This document shows, in pieces, positions 47,801-60,960 of a DNA stretch of 64,000 nt (position 1 is its first letter; every line of letters starts with the position of its first letter). This DNA is from Camelus dromedarius. Lineage: Eukaryota. The notes below the pieces were generated by a model that had not been told where the DNA came from, searched no databases, and saw nothing but the letters and a program-made list of their open reading frames with translations. Location: positions 37,016,001-37,080,000 of the forward strand of contig NC_087447.1 in NCBI RefSeq assembly GCF_036321535.1, in the 5' to 3' direction. The translations under genes and the position numbers were made by a program.

Positions 47801-49659
47801 GAAGGGACAGCTGGGGCTCTCAGGTGCCATCAGAGTGAGGGCAGAGGTCTCTTCCAGCTGCTTCTACCTTGAAAAGTCTAGAAAGCTCTGCCAGGCATTT
47901 TCACACACATGACCTCAATCTTTCCAACATGCCCATAGGTGGGTATTGTGATCTACCTTCATAGACAGACAGGGCTGGGATTCCACCTGGGCTGTCTGGC
48001 TCCTGCATCTAAACACTGAGTCCCTGAGCCACCTTGTCCCTTGAGAGACAGGCTCCATGGGGCTGAGCTCACAGCAGGTGACAGGGGTTGGGGGCCATCC
48101 TTGGGAACAGTTCTTCTCTGCTCTTCAAGAGCCATGGACAGGCAGATCCTCCTCCGTGGGCCTGAGTGAAACTGCCTGCTGGATTATCTGGGGTGGGAAG
48201 GATGGCTAGGAAGCTCACTCGGCAAGCTGGGGAAGAGAGTTGTTTTGGTTTAAAAGATTGACATTTTAATAAACTGCTCTTAATTAACAGCACTTTGAAA
48301 TTCTGAGTGGCGTGCTCTCCATCTTAAAACGGGTGGGCGGGTGGCTTCTTAAAGAACGCGATGCTTGTGGGTGATCTCCCTTTTTGAAACAAACCCAGAC
48401 CCTCCAGTCACAATTTATTTTTCATTCCAAAAATGATCTTTACTGCAAACGTTGCTTTGGTTCGAGCGAATTAGAAATCCTTATTACACAGGCAGGCACT
48501 TCAAACAGTGCCTGGCTCACCGCTCCGGCAGTGGCATCAAAGACTCAGCTGGAATCTCTGATTACCACCCAGGCTGTGGGCCACTCGGGAGCAGGCGGCA
48601 TCGGAAGCAGGGCCCTGGCTGCGGGACCAGCGGGCTCGGGGAGCCTAGAAGCCAGGTGGCCTCTGTGTCAGGGCCCTGGAGGGGGTGCTGTGGACGGAGG
48701 GGATAGAGGATGGCATCGTTGCCCTTCACTGAGCACCTACTATGTCCCAGATGCATGCTAAGAACTTTTACCTGCATTATCTTATTTAAAATTTCCAAAA
48801 GCCACCTGCTGTAATTGTTGAGGGTTCTAGAGAGTTCGATAAAATACTCCTCTTTTCCTCACTTATTCTGGACCAGTTGAGAAATGAGACCAAAGAGCAA
48901 GGCAAACAAGAGAACAAATATCATGCCTACCGCTGACATCACACTTAGCCACCATGCTGACTGCTGCTATGAAATATCCTGCTTGCACCGATGTTAAAGC
49001 TGACACTGCAGAAGGTGACTGGTGTCGGCAGGCAAGCCGGCCTTCTAATTCTGAGCCTTACAGTTATCCCTTCCCTGGATACATGCACACTGTCCGGGGA
49101 CAGGCAGACTCGGGAGGGAGCACTGATCTCTAAATTGTTAACAGGAGAGAGAAACTGCATGATCTCGGCGGGCAAGCGGGCTCCTCAGATAAAGAGAGAT
49201 GCTGAGGGAGTGGCCACGGTAGTCCTACCAAATCGACCAGTCAGAGAATTCCTTCTCACTCTTTGAGGTCAGGTGAGTGACGGCAGAAAGAGCAAGGAAA
49301 CGAGCAAGGAGACATCACACCTTCCCCCCCCTCTGCCCCCCCCCCCCCGCCACTGCTATTATTTTCTTTGCTTACAGGCAGGGAAGGAAGGCTGAGCTCC
49401 ATGGCTGCCCATTAGTAGGAGGTGAAGCTAAAATTCACCTGGCTCTGTCCGATTCTATCTTCTCCTCTAGACCTTGAGCTCCTCAAGTTCAGGACTGTGT
49501 TTCACTCATTTAGTGTCCTTAGGAGGGCTCAGGGTCTAGCTCGGGGCAGGCATCAGGCAATGTCTTTGAAGAGGACACAACAGATTCATCCTTTCATTCA
49601 GCAACAGGTGTGGTCTCGACCTTACATTAGGTTCGCCCTTCTTACTGTTGGTGGCATTA

Positions 49660-50117
49660 AGCCGGTGGGAGAATGGTGGCCTCCTCCCCAAAAAGATACG
49701 TCCATGACCTAATCTTGAACCTGTAAATGTGACCTTATTTGGAAGAAAGGTCTTGGCAGATGTCACTGAGGATCTTGAGATGAGCTCATCCTGGATGACC
49801 ACCTGGGTGGGCCTTACATCCAGTGAAAATTGTCCTTGTAAGAGACAGACGAGGAGGCAGGAGAAGAGGAGAAGGTATGTGAACATGCGACAGAGGTTGG
49901 AGTGATGTGGCCACAAGCTGAGGAACGCGGAGCCTCCAGAGGCTGGAAGAAGCGAGGAAGGATTCTCTCTTAGAGCCTTTGGAGCGAGCACGGCCCTGCT
50001 GGCATTTTGATTTTGGACTTTTGGCCTCCAGAACCATGAGAGAATACATTTCTGTTCTTTTAAGTTCTCCAGTTGGTGGTAATAAAGTACCACTTAGGCA
50101 GCCCTAGGGCACCTGGC
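49660..50117 (+). mobile_element. MaLR solo LTR (MLT1C-like), near full length
   Basis: cccaaaaagatacgtcc ... gtgaccttatttggaa ... gaggttggagtgatgtggccacaagc ... ggcctccagaaccatgagagaatacatttctgtt. Confidence 0.9.
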
Positions 50118-51381
50118 ATTGGAGGACAGAAAGATGCCTTGGCCCCTTCCCCTCACTCCTGACATGCAGGGGGACGGCTGGCCATCTCATCAGGACCTGG
50201 GGCTGAGCCACTTTCCTCTGGAGGTACTTGGCCGCCCCCGGCTAAGGAATGAAGGACATCACTGTACACAGCATGTTACTGAGTCCAGTAAAAATAAGTG
50301 ACAATACACAGCCACATGTACACATGGACCCCTCAGACCATATCTGGCCATGGAGACATGGAGGCCGGAGTGACTGGTTAAAGGCCAGTGGCTTTTTCCT
50401 GTGGCTCTTTTTCCTGTAGATCTCTTGGTGTCCAGGAAAAAAAAAAAAAAGACAGAGAGTTGCCAACTGTTTTGGTAGAACTTCAGAAGCCCTTGGCTTT
50501 CCTGGGCAACCTTCTTACCAAGGAGACACCCAGTGGCTGTCCCACTGCCTCAGAGTCCGCGCGGCACCAGCCACCCCCCTCCCCGGCAGGGCACCTCTGT
50601 CAAAGCGCTTCCCTGCACAGGACTCACGCCTGCCCCTCCGTGATACCTGCTTTCACTCTCATTTCACAAATGGCGAAACTGAGTCTTGGCAATGTTCTAG
50701 GGTCCCATGTATAGGAAGTGCTGGATTGAGTATTCTGAGAGATGTGAGAACCTCAGCTATCCGCCCTGGCAGTGAAAGGAATCAAGCACAGTCCACAAGT
50801 TAGGGTGTGTGGTTGTCACCACGGTGCTCAGAAGCACTCGCTGTGGAACAAGCCCGGTCATGGCGGGCCCAGGGCTCGGCTGTGGCCCCGGAAGACCAGG
50901 CACGTTACCCCAGTGGTGTCTCCTCTCCACACCTCTGTAGATGCATGCACTTTGGACGGGGTTTTCTTTTTCAGTCCCTGAGTTTTGGTCTTCTGGGTCC
51001 ACCTGCAAGCAAGGATTGTGCCTGAAGTGGGGGACTGATCTAAAACCTGTTGGCTCCTTTATGGTAACCCTGGATACACTATGTATTAAAACATTTTTAA
51101 ATACAAATGCAATTAGGTAGGGGCATCGGGAAGAATCTGAGGATGGAATCTGAGCCTGAATTCTGGCAATCACCCCTCCTTCCAGCTGCAGGGATGGTAC
51201 ACACGAGGAAAGGAACAAACACACTTTATTATGACCTGGGCCAAGCCTGACGCAGCTCCGTGCAGAGGCCTGGATGGCAAGGGTGGAGCACTGCTGGGAC
51301 CTCTTTCCCTCCATCTGAGCTCAAATCTGAACCTTAGCAGCAGCCAGGCAGCCTGTCGGGAGTGAGGGGCGTCCTGCAGCG

Positions 51382-51634
51382 GAGTGCTACACGGAGGAGG
51401 AGGCCTCCACGAGCTGTTCCTGCCTGCACTGAGAGGAGCGGCGCACGGGGAATGTACATCAGCACCGGGCTTTCTTCATCGAGACGGTCTTGCTGGGAAA
51501 ACGTCAGCCCAGCTAAACAGTGTGCTTAGTGACACAATCAATTTAATTCAGGCTCCGCTCCTAATCTCGTTCAGACTGGTGAAAACTGGTTCACAGACGG
51601 ACACTGGTCCGTGGACCACGTGTTAGTGGCACCG
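51382..51634 (+). mobile_element. hAT-Charlie MITE (MER5C/MER5C1-like) carrying a short transposase-derived core
   Basis: termini agtgctac ... ggtccgtggaccacgtgttagtggcac; core ttcttcatcgagacggtcttgct ... ctaaacagtgtgcttagtgac translates to FLHRDGLA..SAQLNSVLSD. Confidence 0.7.
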
Positions 51635-52589
51635 CTGTCGCACATGTAAGACACGCAGAGAGAAAAGTGGCGGGGCCTGCCCTAAAGAGGGGCGACCATC
51701 GGTCCCCTGGCAACCCTGCCAAGGAGCCATGGGAAGCGGAGAGGGAGGCCCCGCGGGTGTCGGGTCTCTCCAAGCAGGGACGTGGCTGATTAGAAAACAC
51801 AGTCTTTCTAGCAGAGGAGGCTGTTTCCTCTTGGCGACAAGGAGTGAGGAAAAGGCTGGTCAGAGGGATGAAGGCTTTCTCTTCCCCTACAGAGGTTTCT
51901 TTCATTTGTGCTGTAAAGACTCAGCAGCAACAACAAATGAATTCCTGGCAATTGTAACTGTCACGCTTACATGTTCTTAAATTTTACAGCTCTTGATAAA
52001 CGTAACAGCAGAAGGCCTGTCGGCATCTCCCAGTCTTCCTGGAAAATGCGAAGTTTTGTTTCCAGGGTGCTGGGATATAGGATTTTGGATTGGCAGGGTC
52101 CCAGGGAAGGCTGAGATGAGCACATCTAAACTGATTCGTTCACTGGTCAGAATCTTATTATTAATTGACTGTAAGCCAGAGGGCCCAAGAGGCAGGAGAG
52201 AGGCCTGGGGTCCTGTTGACAGGACAGGCCATGCTGTGGGGAGGCCGAGACCAAGAGGACAGAGAGGTCCTGCGGTTGCCTTGAGCCCTCACTGTTTGCA
52301 CTTGAGATGGTCTTGAAAGGGTTCCGGAGAGGACCCAGGTTTCCAACCCACTGAGGAGTGAGCGTGAGTTTTCAGAAAAGCCCCAGAAAGAGCTGGCCAG
52401 GGCTGGGCTCTACTGGGCAGTGCTTGGCTGCCCAAGGAGCTCAATTAAACAGATTCTAACACAACACTTACCTCCCAGGTGCCTCTTTTGTGGTGGGCTC
52501 TGCGGGGGACGCAGAGCAGAGTGGAGCCCACCTTGCCTAAAGCAACACTAATGAGCGCTGAAACCAGTGTCTACGACAGGCAGGACTCC

Positions 52590-52750
52590 TGCCAAGAGCC
52601 GGATGCATTTTATCTCAGTCCCCCGGCACTCCTCAGAGGAGTACTAGCCCCTTTGACAGTTTCAAAGATTGAGACTTGGTGACTTAGCCTACCTGGGGTC
52701 CCCAGATGGTGACAGTGGAGCTGGGACTTGAACTCCACAGTCACGCTCTA
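52590..52750 (-). mobile_element. MIR
   Basis: ggtgacagtggagctgggacttgaactc. Confidence 0.6.
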
Positions 52751-52753
52751 GCT

Positions 52754-52930
52754 CAGTGGTTTTGACCTTGGTGGCCCATTTGTGTCACCTGGAGAGCTTT
52801 TAAAATGTAACCATTTCTAGATCTTCCCCTAAATCAGTAAAATCAGAATCTCTGAGGGTGGGACTGGGCACTGACGTTTAATAACTTCACCCCCAGGCTG
52901 CTGTGTTCTACCAAGATTGAGAATCTTATC
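52754..52930. mobile_element. hAT-Charlie MER5A/B
   Basis: cagtggttttgaccttgg ... tcacctggagagcttttaaaa ... aaatcagaatctctgagggtggg. Confidence 0.85.
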
Positions 52931-53439
52931 CCCGCTGCGCTGCCCTGGCCCTGCTTATCTCCACTGCAGCCCCGAACACAATGCATTGTGATAACCCCAG
53001 AGCATTTGCTTTTTCCCGCCATGCTGGCCCTTGAAGGTGGCTCTCACAGAGGTCTCTGACACAGAGAGGGCCATCCCAGTGTCATGAGAGAGGTACCCTT
53101 CCAGCAAGGAAGAATCAAGGACAGCTTCATGGAGAAGGCAGGAGATTTGCGGCGAGGGTCAGAGGTTGGAGAGGCTGCTGGGAACCTAGCAGGGGCCCCC
53201 GTCTTTGTCTATTCGTATGAACTGGATTCCTTAGGTACTAGGGAGCCATGGAGGGTTACTGAGCATGCTAATGACCCCATCAGAAACCCATGTACTTGCT
53301 GAAGCCCCTGCAGTTTCCGCTATACCCTCTCACCCCAGAGGGATGGCTGGGAAATGGAGTTTGGTGAGGAATTCATTGAAAAATCAGGGTGTAAACACAT
53401 CCCCGGGAAAAACCATCTTCCTGTTTCTGCCCACTTCCC

Positions 53440-53775
53440 TTTCCACACTAACAATGCCAAGACCCTCCAGGCCACACTCCTCTTGGCCTCTGTCCCCACT
53501 ATTTCTTCTGCCTGGAAAGCCCTTCCTTCTTCATCAGCTATGTCAGTACATTTACATTTATATTTCAAAATCTGTTCCCAAAGCTAGTATGAACCCTCCT
53601 GGGATAGACTTGACCCTTTCCTCCTCAGCCCTTCTGTACTATGTACTTAATGCCAGGGCTATGCAGATCGCCCACCATTGTAATTATCTGAGGGCTTGGT
53701 TCCCTGCTGGACTGTGAGCTCCTGACACAGTGCCCCACACATTACAGGTGCTTAAATCTTATCAGATTGAATTCA
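53440..53775 (+). mobile_element. LINE L2 fragment
   Basis: tttcttctgcctggaaagcccttcc ... ctggactgtgagctcctgacacagtgcc. Confidence 0.7.
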
Positions 53776-54549
53776 TCTCCAAGGTCAGGCATCTTGGAAT
53801 AGCAGAATTTTAGGAAATACCCCTAAACCTCATTTGCAACTCCTCTTGAAACATCCCTTTCCTTACTACCTGCCACGCTCAGCAATATTCCTTATTATCT
53901 TCACAGCCTGGGACCAAACAATTGTCCAGAAGGTCCCTTTTGACAGACGAAAGGATTACCTATGATTTCGGTATCAACAGCTGCTTGGCAGCAGCTCTGC
54001 ACCACTGAGCCCAGCCCAGCTTGTCAGGTTCACTCTACCAGGTCCTGAAAAAAGCAACCCAATTCTGGTAAGTTTTGATGCAGATGAGAGAGCAGGGAGG
54101 GGAGAGGGCCAGGCCGGGTGCAGAGGGGTTGAACACGTGTAAGTGTGTTACTGCAGCTGCGGGAGCATCGTAGGTGGGTTTGGGGGCTGCCAAGTGGCCT
54201 GAGGGGGGCCATTGGCTGTGTGTGCTTAGAGGAGTAGAAGAGAGAGGGGGTCTTTAGGAGGAGACAAGAGCCCTCTGATGGGGAAGGGGGAGAGGGAGCC
54301 ATTGAGGACTCACGCGGGCTGGCATTGTTAGATGGGTCGGGATCAGTGCGGTGGGTGGAGCGTTGCCACGGTGCGCAGGCGCACGTGTGTGAGTGAGAGC
54401 CACCAAATCTCCCCTGCAGACTGTGGGCTGTGGGCAGACCCAGGCTCCCAGTGCCAGCCAAAGAGGGGATTACTTTCTGGTTTAGTAGATTAAATGCTGA
54501 GGTTTTCTTTGAATTAAACCCCAAAGCAGCTTTGGAATGTTTTCACTAT

Positions 54550-54985
54550 CTCCACTGAGAAAATGAGATCTTTTTCATCTGGTAACACAGGGATAATAGT
54601 ACCCAGATCCCTGGGCTACAGGGAGGATTAAATGAGATCCTGTACGTCAAAGCCCTGACCTGTGCCTGGGACACAGCGAGGCCCTGATAAACGGTGCATC
54701 TCCAGGGAGCTGGGGCTCTGGGGGCCTGGCTAGAGGCAAGCCTGAAACAAGAGAGCTTTTTTCCTTAAAGACAGCAGCCAGCACCAGCCCTTTTCCTTGG
54801 TGTCTTTTGCACTCTGAGCTTCCAGTCCCGGGCAGCTCAGGCTTGGGGGTCAAATGTGGGTTCTTTCCCAGCCTGCCCACGTCCTGGTATAAGACCTGAA
54901 GTAGGTTCTTTAATCTCTCAGCCTCATAATAATAGGACTTATCTTCTAAGGTTGCCGAAGGATTTGATGATCTCATCTGCCCCTT
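54550..54985 (+). mobile_element. Two MIR fragments (~54550-54700 and ~54830-54985)
   Basis: gggataatagtacc ... gaggattaaatgagat; aagacctgaagtaggttctttaatctctcagcctca. Confidence 0.6.
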
Positions 54986-55019
54986 ACTCAGCTGCCAGCC
55001 TCCACCCTTGACCTCCTCC

Positions 55020-55585
55020 AGACTGTTCTCCAAAGAGCGGCCACATAAGCCCTTTCAAACTGAAATTAGAACTTGTTTTCTCGAGCACGCAACTCAGTGT
55101 TTGCAATAAAATCTGAAGTGCTCCGCCCTCTGCTACCTCTTGCCTCCAGTTAGATTCCCCTCCTGCACTTTGCCAGCAACCAGCTTCCTGGCCATTTGTG
55201 AACATAACAGTTTGCTGCCTCAGGGCTTTGGACTTGCTATTCCCTCTGCCTGATGGCCTTGCCCCCAGATAATGGCAAAGCTTGTCTCTGCCTTTAATTA
55301 ATCTCTGCTCAAGTCTCTGCATCTCCTCCCAGAGACAACCCCAGATTCCCTCTAAACAGCACTTTCAGTCCTTCCCAGTTCCCTTATCATGATGCATTTT
55401 TGCTCAAGGCGCAAGGTGTGGCTGGCCTTGCGATGTACAGATGTGCATCGGCCTCTAGTTGGCTCCCTGGCTGGAAGGTAAGCTTCCGGAGGGCAGGGAC
55501 TTTGTTTGGCTCACTGCTGTCTGCCCAGCAGCTGAATAACTCATCGCTCAGTAACTGTTTGATGAAGGAATAAATGAATGAGTTA
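55020..55585 (+). mobile_element. LINE L2 3' fragment
   Basis: tgcctcagggctttggacttgctattccctctgcctga ... ggagggcagggactttgttt ... gaataaatgaatga. Confidence 0.8.
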
Positions 55586-56839
55586 GCGCCTGCAAAGCAT
55601 CATTCCTGCCAGACAGGACTCAGGATTATTAGCGATGGAATGAAATGACCCGCATCTTGCCGGTTGTCAACATCCTGTGCAACCTCATGCAATTCACTTA
55701 CCTTCTCTGGACCCCTGGGCAAAAGGGGATACCAGTGTCTGTCTTGGCTGAGAGAGATCGGGGGTTGTGGAAGGGGCATGTTGATAAGGAGACAATTTGC
55801 CAAGCAAAGAAGCCCAGGAGTATAAAGTAGAGGTCCGTTTTCTCTGAAGAAAGCCAGTGTCTCTAATTTCTCAGTATGTTGCCAGCTGGGCTGTGTCAGG
55901 TGGTTGTGTGTAAGGGGAAAAAATCCTTTTGACTGAAATGGTGATATTTTACCGAGGCCACTTGGTTTTGCTTTCAAATAATTTCTTCAGGGCTCCCAAG
56001 TGCCTCCCCTTTCTTACTCATTAGCAGTCTGCAGAACTTAAAGAGAGACTCTAATTAGGGAGAACTTTCGTATCATTTTCTAGGAAAAGAATGAGGAAGG
56101 CGCTGCCTTATGGGCCAGAGAGAACCTTCTGAATCTGCGGGAAGGCCCTTTAGCTTCAGGCCTCTGACTTGAGCTCTGGAGCAAAAATGAAAGCTTACAG
56201 GTCAGGAGGACGCCTCTGCCATTTGGAATAAGCAATTGTTATTTTTAAAAAAGACATAAATTCTGAATAAGTACACAGGTCTGGGGCAACTGGGGTGCCT
56301 GGGGATGGGTCTGACTCTTGCTTGTCGAAGAAGTGCAATTATTGACTCTGCTGTTAATGAGGAATGTGGAGTTTACAGGCTCAGGGCAAAGGAAAAGCAG
56401 TGGGGACAGCCTGAACTGGCAAAGAAGATTCTAGGGACTGCTCTTCTATAACCTAACTCAGAGGCCCCATCAGGAAGGGGGCAGGCTCACTCCCCGTCCC
56501 TCTGGAAATCTGTGAAGGTGAAAAATGTTTAGATCCTTGTGCTGGTGTTAGCTCAGTGTGTGTCAGCTGAGGAGGAAGGTTGGGGTCATATCAATGTAGG
56601 TAGAGTGTGCTGAATGAGGGAGGTGATAGTCCTGCCAGCCCCATATCGATCATCTCCAGAGAAATCAGAGTGTTTGTGTGTGGTCCCCAAATTGAACAGG
56701 TACATAGCCAAAGCAAAATCAAGGGAAGAGGGTGGTTGAGTGGTTTGATATTTTTTAAACCACTAATTAATTGATGGGTAAGCAGTAGAACTAAGAAAGG
56801 TAGGGGAAATCTTTTCGATAATGACATCTGTTAGCCATG

Positions 56840-57065
56840 CAGCTATGAGCGTGACCTTGGAATGAAAGGGATCTGAGTGGGAATCCTGGCTCCATATTGC
56901 TGGCTGTGTGGCTTTGAACAAATATTTCCTTCTTTCTGTCTGAACCTCAGCTTCCTCATCTGTAAAAGAGCATGCTCTGTCTCAGAGGATTTTTGCAAGG
57001 GTCAGTTTGAGTAATCTATTACATAATATGTTTAGCGCCTAACATGCTCTCAACAAATAGCAGTG
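56840..57065 (+). mobile_element. MIR
   Basis: gaatcctggctcc ... tgaacctcagcttcctcatctgtaaaa. Confidence 0.8.
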
Positions 57066-57879
57066 ATTATAAGTATGATTACACTTACTCTGCGAGAGAG
57101 GGAGGCATCCTTAAAGGTGTTTGAGGGGTACAGTTCTGGAAGGGACCCCTGCTGGGGACAGCAATGGGCTAAATGGCCTTGGAGCTTTGGGCAAGGGTAC
57201 AAGACTGGTGAGGAGGTGAGTTGGGGTCTCTGTGGGCAGCGGCTGTCTCAGGCTGCTCTGCCTCGTCTCTGTGTTCTTCTGACTGTGCCAGGATGATGCC
57301 TGTGTGATGCGTGTGTGTGATGTTTGTCCTGTGGGTGGGGAGGCGAGGGCTGTTCTTAGATGTGGTCCCTGAAAGCCTCCCTAGGATCCTTTTCACCATG
57401 TTGGGCCAGGATGTGGGAAGCAGTGGCTCGGAGGGTGTTTGGGAATGACTTAGATGATGCCAAGCCAGAACAAGATCGCCTGGGGGCTGCCAACTCCAGT
57501 CCCAGAGGCAAGACTCTGGGTCTCAGCCTCTCCCGTGTCTCCTTTGGTCTGATCTGGACCGCTTGTCCAGCCAAGGCCACTTCACCTGAGGCCACTGGGA
57601 TCCTAGAAGAGGTGTGCTCCTGGGCCCCACCTGCAGCTGTTAGCACGAGTCTGAGCCTAGAAAGGAAGCGGTAGGTGGTTTCAGCTAATACAGAGATGGG
57701 AATACAATGGGTCAATCTTGGGTGCTGAAGTCCCTGACTGATAATCCTGTCTTTACACCTGTCCCACCCACTGTGGGGCTGGAGTCAGTTGGAGACCCTC
57801 AGGTGATCGCCTCCTGGGTTGGCGCCATCCACATCATTCCCAAACACCTGGGTGCCAGTCCTGGTGATCAGTAATGGAA

Positions 57880-58080
57880 GGCCGTCAGGGAAGGGAACAC
57901 TGTGTTAGGCATTAGACACATGTTATCCCATCCATTTATGAGATAGCTGTTCTCATCTCCATTTGACTAATGAAGAAAATGCAGCTCAGAGAAGTTAAGC
58001 AACCTGCCCAAGGTCACACAGGTAGGGAGTAATGAAACTGATTTTCACAACTGAGCCTGTGACTTCAGAGTCTGTGCTTG
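57880..58080 (-). mobile_element. MIR
   Basis: ctcagagaagttaagcaacctgcccaaggtcacaca. Confidence 0.85.
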
Positions 58081-58369
58081 CTCCACGAAGACTGGTTTTG
58101 CTCCTGAAGATTATTGACGGGGAGAGGGAGAGAGGTCGGACATCTGCCCCTAGGTCATGGTTTGAGAAGCAGGACAAGAGAGCCCCCTTGAGAATGAGAA
58201 ATGAGGTGAGTGAGTGTCCAAGACAGTTCCTGCCCAGCCCATCCCTAAATAAAGGGTGCTCTGGAAGTCGGGGGCTGGCTTCCTTTTGAAGGGCCCCGAG
58301 GAGGCGTCAGCTGCAGGAAGAGCTGGGGCAGCAGCACGGCAGCTGCCTCCCATCCGTGTTCTGTGCCAG

Positions 58370-58490
58370 GGCCCCCCTAAAACTGAGTGTGCCTGGGAGT
58401 CACCTGCAGGCTTGTTAAAAATTAGATTCTACTTCCTGGAGCTCCGGGACCATGCTGGGGCTGCCATCCAGGGACCACACTCTGAGTAAC
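58370..58490. mobile_element. MER5A-like fragment
   Basis: gagtcacctgcaggcttgttaaaa ... ggaccacactctgagtaac. Confidence 0.6.
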
Positions 58491-58679
58491 CCGTTCTCAT
58501 CCTCCGGACTCTGAGCCACACTGTGTGGGCAGCGCCAGAGTCAAGGTATCTTCCTTTCCCGTGTTAACCCCGAGCGCTAACAGACTGGGCTTGTGCCACA
58601 GGACATGTCTGCTTGGCCTCTTGAAGCTTCCTTCAGGATGTCTTCTCTGACCTGCTTCTACCCTCAAGTCCTTTAGGTG

Positions 58680-58900
58680 AGAAATGGTTAAGAACATGGA
58701 CCCTGGAGCTAGATGTTTTGGGTTCAAATTCTGCCTCTGCTTGTATGACCTGGGGCGAGTTACTGAACATCTCTGAGCCTTGGTTTTGTTGTCTGCAGGT
58801 TGGGATGATGGTAATACCTATCTCACAGGGAGGAGGATTAGAGGAGGGACCGCCAGTAAAGCTCTCAGGATGAGCCCATTATAAATGTGCTCTCCTCTTC
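58680..58900 (+). mobile_element. MIR (near full length)
   Basis: tggttaagaacatggaccctggagctagatgttttgggttcaaattctgcctctgc ... atctctgagcct. Confidence 0.85.
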
Positions 58901-60339
58901 ATTATTTCTGCGGTCCTCACCATCTCTCTCCGCCCAGCCTCCCTCCAGCCCTGGCTTCTTTCTCTCTGACCCCAGTGCCCAGCACAGAGAATTTTCTCAG
59001 AAGTCAAGTGCGAAGCCCTGAGGCCAGGCAGAGCAGGGACGCTTCTCACAGGATGCAGATTTATAGCCAGAGGCCAACATTAGGACCGATTGAGGGATTC
59101 TGCTAGGATTACCGGCTCCTCCCAGCAGGGCCGTCCTTTTTCTCTTTTTATCTGGGAGCTGACAAAAAACAGAGGGTGACCCAGTTCCAGCCTTACCCTG
59201 CTCTGCGGGGCATGGCCAAAGCCTTTGCGTTCTGTAACTTCTGCCTGTCTTCTGGGTTGTGCTCTGAGAGCAGCCCTTGCCCATAAACCCAGCCTGGTGA
59301 GGCTGGGGGAATCCGCACATGGGGGTGGGGGTGTCAGGCTGTCAGGACGCGGCCTCCGCCTGGGTCTGCTTCATCACCGACTCCGCTGTCTTCTCGCCAA
59401 GTGCTGGGGATGCCATGCTCCGCCGGGGGCTCGAGGGGTCCATGCCACACTGACACAACGCAGTCCTCTCTTCAGATCCCCAGCTAAAAAGAGAAACGCA
59501 TGTACACAAAACAAAGGCCCTGCTGCCTAACGTAAAATACTGCTTCCTAATCCCAAGTGAGGCCAAGCACGCCGTTAAGATATTTAGAAGGCCCTTAAAT
59601 TATTTCCACTTTAAAAATGTTTTTATGTTTCCCATTCTGTTCACTTGGTCGCCTAAGGTATAATTGCTCTCCTGGCCCGGACTTTGCTTCCTCACCGATG
59701 GGGACCCCAATCTTGCATCTTGATATTAAGAACAGATACTGAGAACTGAATGGGGCATTGTTTCCCAGCCAGATCAGTAGCTGCTGCCTGCATTCAGCCA
59801 GCGAGCCGTCCAAGACTGGCAGCCCGGCCTAGACCGCGTTGTGGCTTGCTTTGATTACTTGGTTCCATCCAGCTCCAATCAGGAACGGATCACACACGTC
59901 CAGGTTTTCATTTGCTCTCCCTCCGCACCCATTTTCCACAGTTGCAGCTTAAAGGAGTGGCTTTGGGGGTTGGCAGCCTGCTTTGATTTCTGTGTGTTCA
60001 GGGTGCTGGGCTGGTGGGGCAGAGGATCCCCCCCCAGGTGTCCCCCGTCAGACCTCTGAGCCAGAGCAGACCCAGAATGGAAACCTCCGCTGATACATTC
60101 CCTCACTTGTGACCAGTAAAGGTTCTAGAAACTGCCTTCAGACTGTGAACAATGAGGAAAAGCCATTCTTTCCCCAGAAGGCAGAAATCCCTTGAAATCT
60201 GACTCTTTCACATTTTAACCAGATAGGTCTAAATATAGAACCACACCGTCTCATTTTAAAAGGATTTAGGAACACGATCTACTGGTTATTTAAAAACTCT
60301 GACTGCAAGTCTTTATTATCCTGCCCGTGTTCCCCGCCG

Positions 60340-60960
60340 CCTCCCTCTCTGCTCATCATGACGTTCGGTCATAAATGCCAAGAACCCAAATGGAAGCCTC
60401 TGAGCGGTGGGACCCAGATGAAGAACAATGGAAGGATGCTGGCTTGCAGGGTGTCAGCGTTTGCCAAATAAGTTTATCCTTTATTTATTATTTTCACTGT
60501 GGCTTAAAACACGCAGCCCTCAAAGCCAAGTCTCTAAACTGAAACGTATGGCAGGCTGATCTCTGCTCACAACCAACGCAGAGACTTTGCCTTTCGCTCC
60601 TCACCGGTGATTGGGCCCAAAGGCAGTATGTTTTGAATTTACCGAGCGATCTCCTGCTTTGGGCTCAGTTTTTGTACTTTTAAAAAGCAATCAATAATGG
60701 CCAGTTTGTAATAAGAAAAATTTATGAACTGACAGGCAAAATGTAATTACAGAGGGGATTCCTTGCAAGAAAAAAGAGGTGATGTTAACAGACATCCCGA
60801 CAATCTGTTTGCACTCATTTTCATTCATATAAATGATGAAGTGCTTCTGGGTGGAATCAGCGTTCTCCAAAGGCTTCCCGGGAGCCTGGAAAAGTCGCTG
60901 CCAAAGTTTTTGCTAATGAAGGGCAATGAGTCTTTGCACTAACTTCTCATTGTCATCCAC
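60340..60960. promoter_or_regulatory. Candidate developmental enhancer (HOX/MEIS/ONECUT-like motifs)
   Basis: long repeat-free AT-richer block; AATCAATA, TTTATGA next to TGACAG, TGTAATTACA, GTCATAAA. Confidence 0.4.
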
